Below, in pieces: positions 10,801 to 21,428 of a stretch of DNA of 23,779 nt. Within the stretch, counting starts at the first letter, position 1. Each line of letters opens with the position of its first letter. Source of the stretch: Eremomyces bilateralis CBS 781.70 (Eukaryota); the NCBI GenBank assembly GCA_010015585.1, contig ML975192.1; one strand, given 5' to 3'. Both the position numbers and the translations under genes were made by a program. Below the pieces are notes generated by a model. That model worked only from the letters and a program-made list of their open reading frames with translations, was not told where the DNA came from and ran no database searches.

Positions 10801-12163
10801 CCTGGCTAAATACGACAACAGAATCCCAGATCACAGAGAAAGCAACGGAAATGTAAAAATAGAAAGTGATATGATCGTATAGTCTAGAGATCCAAATAAG
10901 AGAAGAGCTTGGAGACAGCGAGACTCAAAGAAGGCGAACGCTGCAACGGCAGGATGAGCATTCCAAGGCAAACAATCAAAGGGACGAATAGCAGCAGAGA
11001 GTAGTAGGTACGGACTTCAGCCGACACAAAGGATTAGGGGAGCTGATTGGAGTTTCTTGACTCAACGATACGTATGGTAGAACAGTTAGTGATGCAGTTA
11101 GCCTCCTCTATCACTTGAAATTGGGGAGTTGGTTGGCGATATATAGGCCATGGCAAGCATTCTGCTACGACCCATTTCAACCACGTCCAGGAAAGGTAGC
11201 GAGTGGCTGCGGCAGGGATAGGCCATGGCTACGCAATCATCACGGTTTTGTGTCGGCTTTGCAGTAGATGAGGTTATGGTATTCGTTGGCCGAAGCAATC
11301 GACGAGGTTGGGCAAGCAACAGAATCCTGATGGAATAGGAATCCAGTTGGGAGTTGGGAGTCAAGCGCTGGATGTGGAATTCTATGAAACGTCATAGGCT
11401 TGGCAAAGCCTTTCATTCGGTGGCTACCTGCACGTGACAAGGACTGACAACAGTGGCTTCAGGGGAAGAGCGCTGGTTGGTCGCTTCCAACATCGATCCT
11501 CAACCAACGATCAACGACAAACATCTCGGGCGGCTCCATTTCCTTGAAAGAATTTTGAAAGTTGAATCATGCACCGGGGAAAAACCAAGGTTTGCATCCA
11601 GTTCCCAGCGTGATTTGAAACCCTTCTCCAACACTATTGGATTGAACAGGAAGCCAGCCAGCGATCGACGGACATGCCACGCGTCTTGCACCACCCTGGA
11701 TTTTCCCTTTATCACAGGCTGACAGTCTAATATTGATGCATACACCGTCAGTATATAGCTAAGTACCTAGGTATATGTCTTTTGCCTGAAGAATGTGATC
11801 ACGCAGACTGGAACCGTGTAGCTGATGTATTGTGTATCGTGGGGGCATATGCTGATCCAGTATTGCGAAGGGGGATTCCGCAATTTGGAACCATCTTCCA
11901 AGGTTGACGTGCCCCATGGTTCCATTCCACTCAACCATAAACATCCTGCCTAACCGGATATCTTCGTACGATCATACGCTTGCCCGTGCCTTGACCGTTG
12001 TTCCCATGATTCAGTCGCTCCATTTAGTTTCTAATGTCCTCCACCCTCGGCATCACCACGTGGCAAAAAATACTCCAGCCGAAGAAGCTTCTATGCCAAC
12101 GTCGTTCGTAGACGTATTCATCATTCACTGCTGACATCTTCCAATATATATGGTATCCGGGTT

Positions 12164-12873
12164 TCAAGGAATGTCCGGTGCCATCCCTCTGTCACATGCA
12201 CTGCATACGACAACCCCATCTGGCCCAGATTCTTTGCAGCAAGATGAACATACGGACATGTCACATCCTGCCTCACATCCCCTCATGCAAATCTGGCAGG
12301 CCCGCTGTAGGCAGAGATCGCAATCGCGAAAGTTATTCAACTGGGACCGTAGCGTTGGTTTATGTAGGCAGATGTGGCAGGCGGACGGGGACGGCTGACG
12401 AGAAAACTCTTTGGCAGGCGCTTGAGGGAAGTGTAGTAACATGGACCGCGGAGATGGTATATGTCGTCGCAACTTCATTGGCCGGAGATATGCATCTTTT
12501 CGGGTGTATGGTTCAGAGGTGTTCATGGTTGTCGGGAAACTGAGGAACGGTTTCGATGCGGATGATGAGGTACAGGGCGGGGATTGTACGGCACCATCTG
12601 AGCCCTCGTATGGAGACATGGTTCGAAAGGAGCTGGAAACTAGTCAGTCCCCTTAACTCAACAAGCAATTTTTGGGACGTCGACAAACATTGGGAGAAAT
12701 GGACTCTCTTCTGCATGGATTGGGCTCCGTTTCCGCTTCCCAAGACTTCCGACTTTCAGGGAGTCATCTCGAATGGAAACCAGATATCCAAGTCGTTTCA
12801 CTTCGTGAGGGGAACAGAGCGGTGAATAAGACTTGACAGGCACTTGCTGGTGCCTGAGGCTCGGGGAGACCAT
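12164..12873 (-). CDS. Uncharacterised protein with NLS-like KRKR and a C-terminal Cys-rich putative Zn-binding domain, ~217 aa; exons 12873-12689, 12632-12164 (start uncertain)
   Basis: Intron GTTTGT(12688)...CTGAC...CAG(12633) joins ORF 12658-12873 (GKRKRSP) in frame to ORF 12164-12619. The C-terminus has CHIC, CDLC, CQIC, CEAGC, CSSCC and CSAC. Confidence 0.7.
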
Positions 12874-13591
12874 TGGGGTTTGCCCACTCGTGAAGGCTTA
12901 GAGAAAGGGATAACACATCTGAGAAATGGGTTGGGGAGGAAGCTCGAGGGTTTATATCGACAGGGTCTTGAGAACAAAGAGCTTCAAATCACTGTGGAAA
13001 TAACACAGGAAATCGATAGTCCAACATAAGGGAAGGAAATCTGACTATACATTGGTACAACCCAATATTAAGCTATTCGGGAACTTTCTATACCTCTGGA
13101 GTACTTATTACTGTCATTCTGTAACACGTGAAGTCCCCTTAGGGATTTGAGGGAAGGTCTGTGCGGAGGGGAGCCGCTACATGATGCGTGCCTGGGTTGG
13201 TGGGTCCTGGGAAGTGGGAATTCACGATACACATTTCACACGCCCTTCTACAAACTCCATGTAAATCCTGAGTATTCATAGAGGAGTCTATGTTACGAAG
13301 ATCCTATTCACCGATGTTCCACGCGTCCTAGCCGTACTCTCCATGGATCCATGAAGCATCAACTGTTATAAAGCCTAAATCCTGGTATCATCGCCTAGCA
13401 ACATCAAGATGGCTTGAGCTGATAGCCATCCACAGCCACAGCAGGACGGTTTCGTCATCTTGTGACATCGAGTTCCATTCGTCGGAATCTTCGGAACTCG
13501 GTTTAAGCATTCTGGACTGTCCTTTGGAGTCTTCCGACAAATTTCCCTACCTGTAGTTGTTATGACCAAGAACTTCCCACGGGTTGTCGAG

Positions 13592-15211
13592 ATGGTAAAA
13601 CCAGCCAAACTCGTGGAAAGGAGAACCCATTTCATTCCAGGTACCCTACTACTCAATTCATATGATTGCCTGCACCCGACTTAGAAGCCATAGGGAAGCT
13701 CAGAGTGACGGAACACTTCTTTGAAGTGCCTCGAGATCACGCCTCCCCTGAACGCGGTACGCTTCGACTTTTCGCTAGAAGCGTACGTAAGGCAACGCGT
13801 CCAATCGATCCATCGGATGAGAAACATGAACGACTTCCCTGGATGCTTTATCTTCAAGGAGGCCCAGGATTCGGTTGTGCAGCGCCTCAGTTGACACCAT
13901 GGACAGAAACTGTGCTTGATAAAGGCTATGAGTTGCTTCATCTTGATGCCAGAGGAGTCGGATTGAGTTCTCCATTATCCGCTTCAGTTCTTGGCCTACG
14001 TGGAGATGAAGAAGTCCAAACTAATTATCTCAAGAGCTTTGGCGCAGTTGATATTGTTCGAGATTGCGAAGCAATTAGACTGGCGCTTATGGATGGATAT
14101 CCCCCCGACAATCAGAAATGGAGTCTGATGGGCCAAAGTTTCGGTGGTTTCTGTACCGTCACATATCTCTCCATGTTTCCAAGTTCGTTAAGGGAATGTT
14201 TCCTCCTTGGAGGGCTGCCACCCATTGGGAAACACCCCGATGTCGTCTATGAGCGGCTTTATAACCGAGTTCTTACGCGGAATGAAAAATACTATGCGAA
14301 ATACCCGGAAGACGTGGACCGCGTCAAGCAGGTCACCTCTCATCTGGTCCGATTTGGAAACAATACTGTCCGACTGCCATCAGGGGGCTCACTAACTGCA
14401 AGAAGATTTCTGCAGCTGGGGATCAACTTCGGTGGCACAGGTATGTCCACTCCCACGTTGCTCTACCATTCTGACATTCTTGAACACAGGAGGATTTGAC
14501 GTCGTCCATGGTAGTTCCCACTTCACTCAATCGTTGGATGGGCCGCTAATGGAGTTACAGATCTCGTACTACGGGCAACTGGTGACTTGTCGAACTTTGG
14601 GCATCTCACCCGGCCGACCTTGTCAAGTATCGAATCTCAACAAGCGTGGGATGACAACATCATCTACGCCATCTTACACGAATCAATCTATTGTGAAGGG
14701 TATGCTCGTGTCAATGTTTTTTTGTTTCGCTTTACTTATACCCAATGTGTCTAGAGTCGCATCCAACTGGTCTGCTCAACGCATTCGGGACAGACGGGCT
14801 GAATTCAACCTTGACAAAGATGGCCCTTTATACTTCACAGGGGAGATGGTGAGTCTCAGATATCATCTGAAGTTTAGGCTCGTCTTAACCCGGATTCAGA
14901 TTTATCCTTGGATGCTTGAAGATTATGCGGAACTCCGAAAGTTGTCCGGCCCAGCAAATGCGTTGGCTAAATTCCCGGGGTGGGGGACTCTATACTCTCC
15001 TGATCAGCTTGCAAAGAACGAGGTACCAGTGTATGCAGCGGTATACATGGACGACATGTATGTCGATTTCGACCTTGCTCGCGAAACGTCCTCTATGATA
15101 CGGGGTTGCAAGGTCTTCATCACGAACACCATGTATCACGACGCATTGAGATCGAAGACTGCTGATGTTCTGAAGGCCCTCTTTGCCCTTCGGGAAGATG
15201 AAATGGATTGA
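13592..15211 (+). CDS. Proline iminopeptidase (alpha/beta hydrolase, peptidase S33); exons 13592-13640, 13694-14440, 14490-14510, 14561-14699, 14755-14848, 14900-15211
   Basis: Motifs FEVPRDH, LYLQGGPGFG, DARGVGLS, IVRDCEAIR, nucleophile GQSFGGF, YAILHESIY, YFTGEM|IYPW, DDMYVD and MYHDALR. Five GT-AG introns keep the frame. An alternative in-frame ATG lies at 13562. Confidence 0.92.
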
Positions 15212-16189
15212 CATGTGTAATTAAACACTCTCCATGCCGGCTCGGTACGAGCATAATAAAGTACGACGCATCACCGATGCAATAGATTTGCCCAAGCTGC
15301 TTGACCGTGCCTCTTTTCTTTAATGGTTGCTCCCTACTTGGTCGTTGATAACCCCTTTTCGTCATGACCTTCTTATTCATTTCTACCTTTATTTGTGTGA
15401 GCCAGGTGCACTCTACTTTATGATGCGTTATTATTGGATGGTTTCTATTGCTCATCTATAAATCTTGTCTCCTAACCTCGGGTACCTAATCTATCTAACT
15501 ATAATATTGAGCACTTCAACCTCTCTCCGCACCTCTACACACAGCATCTTTCCTTGACGATTCCAAAGATTCCTTACTGTGGCTTCGGTTTTATCAGAAG
15601 AGTACACTAGAGCCGGTGGATGTCAGTATTTCTTCTTGTTAGGGTCTCACATAATTATTTGTTCTCAACATTATGAAGGATTTCAATTTTGCGAATCAAC
15701 TGTTCAATACCCTAACTAGGGATTTGCAAAAATCGACCGACCATTAGGAAGAACCGTGGAATATAGATCCATGCTCATAATTTCATTTCACTTCCTCTTG
15801 GCACAGTTTATAATAATTGACAATACTAACTATGCCTTGTTAATTCTATCTATTGAGTCCATGTCGCCTCTCGCTTCCATTATCGGCTAGGCAGGCTAAA
15901 GCTCATTTTAGATACTAGAAACAATTCTTCATGCTGTCAGGTGGCAGTCGTGTAATACAATGCTATACCTATTCCGGAATGGGCACACCCCTAAGTATAG
16001 TTGTGGTTAATCGGGCAGCTATTCCTATTCGATGGAAGGAATATTCTACAGAAGGTGCCTTCATTTCTCTTCCACGATCTACCCAGTGTGCGCCCCAAGC
16101 GGTAGTTTCTCGAGGCCCAATCAGCGATATAAGGCGCGATACACGTGCCATAGGCACTTCTCACGACTCCAGGGCTCGACTACTCTGAT

Positions 16190-18128
16190 ATGCTACTAAG
16201 TATGCTACTCAAGCGAATTACCCTCCTAGCATCCGTGGCCTCATCTTCACCCGTCCAATTAGGGACGCCTTTCGATCGTCGACAAGTGTTACCTACAGTA
16301 GAACTCCCTTACGGTACTTGGAGGGCCAGTCGGTATGACAGTGCGAACGATGTAACTGATATAAGGATTTCGTAGTGAAGGCCGCAAAGAAGCTGACCAA
16401 CCCAGATTTACACCTTCAAGAACATCCGATTCGCAGCGACTCCGACAGGCGACCTTCGATTTACAGCTCCTGCTCCCCCACAACCGAATTCTACGATTCA
16501 AGATGGAAGCTACGGATTCAGTTGCATCTCCAGCAGTACTCGACGACTCGGTGGCAGCACCAATGGACCGTCTAGGTTAGGGGGCCTTACAGGCGTACCC
16601 CGAGTTGTACCTCAGGGAGAAGATTGTTTGTTCTTAGATGTTTATGCGCCTTCAAGAGCCCTGAATGGCACTGAAAAGTTTTCAGTTGTCTTTTGGATTT
16701 ACGGGGGAGCATACGTCGGAGGCTCTAAAGATGGAATATACGATGGAACACCACTGATTAAATCTGCTGGGGGGAATCTGGTCTTCGTTGCCGCGAACTA
16801 TCGTCTGGCTGCTTACGGATTTCTCGGCGGGTCAACGATGGAACGGGACGGAACTCCCAATGCAGGGTAAGCATATCGTTCTTCTACGATCTCTGGTTCT
16901 GACACTGCACGAAAGGTTTTATGATCAGCAATTTGCGCTACAATGGGTTCAAGATCATATAAGCAAGTTCGGAGGGGATCCAAACAACGTCAGTGTCTGG
17001 GGAGAATCTGCTGGTGGTGGCTCAATCATGCACCAGTTAACTGCCAATGGTGGGAATGGGAAAGCCCTATTCAAGCGGGCGGTCATCCAAAGTCCCGCAT
17101 TTCAGACGCTCCATGACAGACAAGGGCAGATTGAGACGACATACAAAGCATTTGAAGAGGCTGCAGGCTGCGCTGGCCGGGGGCTAACGTGTCTGCGAAA
17201 TGCGAATACTTCGACCATCAATTCAGCACAGTCGATAGTGATGCAAAATGCAGTTGAAGGGACGTTTGGTTTTGGGTACGTGTATCGCCTATGTCCGTTT
17301 CAGTGAACTGATCCTTTTTATAGCCCTGTGGCAGATGGAAAGTTCGTCCGTCAACTACCAGCTCTCGAACTCGCCTCTGGCAATTTTTTCAAAGATATGG
17401 AGTCTTTGATAGTCTCTCACGTCTTTGATGAAGCATCCATGTTTGTACCGGCTGGTATCAGCCAGGATAGGGACATCGATACCTTCCTCACTTCAGTATT
17501 CCCCGGGCTGGATATTATTCGTGATGTAGTACTTCGACGATACCCCCCTTCTGGTAGCGCGGGAGTTGGCTATCCTGATGCAAGGGGACGCATCCAAGCA
17601 CTCATCCGAGATAGTACGTTTGTGTGCAATGTTCGTTTTATCAGCGCTGCCTATGCCTGTCAGAACTGCACTACTCCGTCTTCATCCGTCTACAACGTTC
17701 AATACTCCCGTTCTCCGGGGACCCACGGTTCGGATGTCCTGGCAACATTTTTCAACCCGTCCGGCGAGCTCTCGCGCTTGTCAACTTTGGACCCTTCACT
17801 GGCATCGTTTGCTGCATCTTATCAGAGTTACCTCACATCCCATGCAATGACTGGTGACCCCAATACCTATCGCCTTCCCAACTCCACCGCCAGTTGGCCG
17901 GAGGTCACGGTTGAACCTACATTGAGGAATGTCCTCGACGCCGGAAATCCTGGATTTAGTCTGATTTCCGATAACCAGACCACGGCCGACGTTTGTGACT
18001 TTTGGCTCGATATCCAAGCCGCCATGACGAGTTTAGGAGGATACGCACCCCCAGACAGTGTGGTCGAGAACCCTTTTACGAACATTATCAGTGTAGCTGA
18101 TGCATCCGCGAACTTTGTGATTGTATGA
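16190..18128 (+). CDS. Secreted carboxylesterase type B / lipase, ~595 aa; exons 16190-16351, 16406-16866, 16916-17275, 17324-18128
   Basis: Signal/pro-peptide, [51 protein letters not shown] (catalytic Ser), HVFDE and THGSD. Three GT-AG introns restore the frame. Confidence 0.93.
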
Positions 18129-18682
18129 GCGAAGTGGTTTCGACCGCGAGGGTCACGGCGGCAATCAAAGGTGAAGTTGAATACGCTCGACTTCTCTTGA
18201 CGTAGGGAGTAGACTTAGGTTAATTGTCTGATGGGAAAATCTCGGTGGTAGCCTGAAAAAGCCGGTCCTAAAATCCATCTATGGCCAACTGATTCTTGCA
18301 TCATTGGATTTCAACTCTACAGAAGGAACATTCCTGGTAATTATAAGTGAGACTTTCGTTCCGCAGTTGAAATGCGAAGTACGGAGGAAACCAGGTGCAA
18401 ACATGGTCACGTGCGGGATAATAGTTTAGTTTACCTCAGCAAGCTCAGGCCATTGTGGTCGTGCCTGAGGCAACGAACCGCGCTATACCTAATTGGTATG
18501 GTCCTCGACCAAATAGCCTGAGGATTCTGTCATTGATTTTTGGCCTGAATCGAGATCGTTTGTATGAGAGCAATTTAATCACATCAACCTCGTTTTCCTC
18601 CACAACGAGCTATCGCACAGTAAAATTGACTCGTTCAATCGAATCCTCTATCGTTTCTTGATAACCCAGTGAATTTTGGAAG

Positions 18683-21423
18683 ATGTCAGATCGAACCTCC
18701 TCTCGGCGCAGCGTACGACTGAACCCAACGCCTCTAGAGAGCAGAGAACAGCCACGAACTACTGCTTCGACTGCCGATGTCCATCGTAGACGCGCCAGAT
18801 CTCGAGTATGGACGTCAGAAAAGCGAGTGAACGACATATGCAAATACATGTCCCAAACACACCACTTGACGCTTGCCAAGTTCATCCGAGTGTATGTAAC
18901 AACTCAAGGTGGTGACGGCTACGGAGATCGACCTGCGACGCGTGCCAAACGCCTTGTAGACGCGATATACACTCAACCAGAGGTGCTAGACGCAATACGA
19001 CAACATCCTGCGTCTGGTGTGGGAGGAATTGTCACCGTGAAGGCACTAAGAAAAGAAATGAAAGCGCTGGAAGAAGCCGGAGGTATGTTTAGTGCCTACC
19101 AGGTCCACCGCGAACGAGAAAAGTCTCTACAGGCCAGTATTGGGCGGGAGGGGCGGTCTGAAGATGGCCAGTCTGAAGATGGCCAGAAACCAGAGGACTA
19201 CGAGTGCATACTCGACGACTTGCGGTTCGGCTGGATGTATGAGCAAGTTAACACTCATGCTCCTCTTCTATGTGGACTGCTCGACGGTCTTATGGCGCCC
19301 AAGATAGAGAGGAAAGATCGACCACCACGAGATCCTTCTAAATTTAACCACAGGACTGCGATAATCACGTCGATCCTCTGCTATTCTCGGGCGTCGGAAG
19401 GGAGCAACAAGTTTCCCCGCGTATTTGGTGCCTTTCTACACTCCAATGGCGTGAAACGTCGGGTCCTCGACCTTTTTCACCAATTTGGGGTTTGTGAAGG
19501 CTACAAGGCAGTCCACAGACATCTTGAAACCGTGGCAGAACAAGCGAAGGCATCGTCACCGTCCCTCGGAATGGATTTCAACTAACCGTACGTAGGGGAC
19601 GGTCCGTCGATACGGCCAGCTGCTGAACGCCTGTGTTGTCTACGATAATTTCGACTATCGAGAAGGTGTTAAGCACCAGCTCATTTCAAACCATGCAGAA
19701 ATGCGCTCGGTAACAACGGGGAAAGTTTTCAGAGGCGCCGACATTCCTCCAGGTGGATTAAGGAAATCGATGCTACACCGTGAGACTCCACTTTCAATAG
19801 AGGACCTTTTCTACTCTCCCGGCGCCGCCATATACGACGAGACTGCCTCCAAGATTGACAGCTACTTCATAGCGGAGGCGATTCGGACAGCATATCCAAA
19901 ATCGGTCAAATCTATCTTCTCTAATTCCGACATCCCATTCCCGGCTATGCCAACCGTCGAGTTACTTGAGCTTCGAAAGACAGATAGCAAGACGCTCGGT
20001 CCGATTCTCTTCAACGAAGGTACTCTAGATGGCTCCTACGAGGTTATAGAGAGCATCTACAAGCGCCAATTCCAACTAGATAGTAAAGAATTCGACAACC
20101 GTCTGTTCTTGGCGTTTGGCGATCAAAAAACCTCTTCACTCATCCGATCTATGCAGGCTGAGCAAGTCGACGCGTCTATATCGTATGATAGAAAAGACTG
20201 GCTGATAGGAGTCGCTGCTCTCTTTCACCTGCGCATGAATTTTCTATGGCTCATGCAAAAGACACATTACGGAAACATGGAGCAACAGGACGCTTCAACT
20301 CTCTATCACAACATCAACTTCTGGGGACGAAAGAATATTCCAGCGGACCGTGCAGCTTTTCAGGTTCTAGAAGAGCTGGTGCTTCACAGTTTCGACGCTC
20401 GAGTTATTGGACTACTTTATACTCGCCTCGAGCAGTACGGCATCGATACCTCCGATCAAGAGGAGGTTGACAAGGCAATTCAGAACATGAATACTAGAGG
20501 CTTCATGGACCTAGTGGAGGATGTTCGCAGATCCGCATTTGGGCCGGAAGCCTGGCGACCATCAAAGGAGAAGCATGCCAACAATACAGTCGATGAGGAG
20601 TTCCTCAGTCATGCTCGATACCTTCAACAAATGGTTGTGTACAAGACCTTGAAGTACGGCATCAAAAACGGAGATATAGGACTCATCGACCGAGTCATTG
20701 GTGTCTGTTGCTTTTACTTCGAGGGGACTGGACAATCAAACTACGCATTCGAAATGCTCTATCTAAAACGGCTCACCAGCACCAAAGCTTGTGATAAGGA
20801 GCTTCGGCGCGCAATACTCTCGAATAGCCTCGTTAATCCACATGGCTGTCGGGACACTTGGCAAGAAGTCGATCGTAGCCTTGAATATCTGAACCTGGAG
20901 CTGAAAAGAGAGCTTTGGGCCCGTCGAACGTCGACTTTCGGATTAGATGCACTGTTTAAGACTACCTCGTTAACAGCAGAATACACTGTTTTCCTACGCA
21001 AGACGATAGAGAAAGCATTTGCGCGGAAGGAAAGCTCCAAGCATTCCGTGCCCTCTCCAGTGGATGATATTCATATACTGGCATTTGAATTGGCGTGCGA
21101 TTCGATTAAATTTTACAGAGGCGGTAGGAAAGCCAGACATCAAGCGCCGGACATACATACGATCGGGCTCGAAAGGGTGGCGACAAAGAAGCTAGAAATA
21201 TTTAACGCCAAGGTCATGAGAGACGAAGATCAAATAATAGTGCCACCTTACGAGACAGGAGGAGCGACGGCTGATCTGGATCCCGATAACGACATGATGG
21301 CGATACTAGTATGTTTTGTTCTAGTAGAGTATTCAGTCTTGTGCTAACCTACGTCACCAGCCCTTGGAAGATAGAGATGAAGCCCACGAATGGGGCTTAC
21401 CTTCGGATATCGAGTCGGAGTAG
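18683..21423 (+). CDS. Academ-type (DUF6589-like) DDE transposase, ~880 aa; predicted exons 18683-19549, 19596-21308, 21361-21423
   Basis: N-terminal block APLLCGLL...SILCYSR...SNKF...GAFLHSNGV.RRVLDLFHQFGVC..Y. Catalytic-like motifs VVYDNFD (D 19644), FGDQKT (D 20121), LFHLRMN (H 20226), NYAFE, NSLVNP.G and VDRSLEYLN..LK (E 20883). Intron 2 is canonical: GTATGT(21309)...GCTAAC...CAG(21360). Intron 1 has a clear branch and acceptor but an atypical donor. Confidence 0.82.
19156..19185 (+). repeat. Perfect 15-bp tandem duplication (GTCTGAAGATGGCCA x2) within transposase exon 1
   Basis: Directly visible; encodes SEDGQ-SEDGQ and preserves the frame. Confidence 0.9.
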
Positions 21424-21428
21424 TCCAT

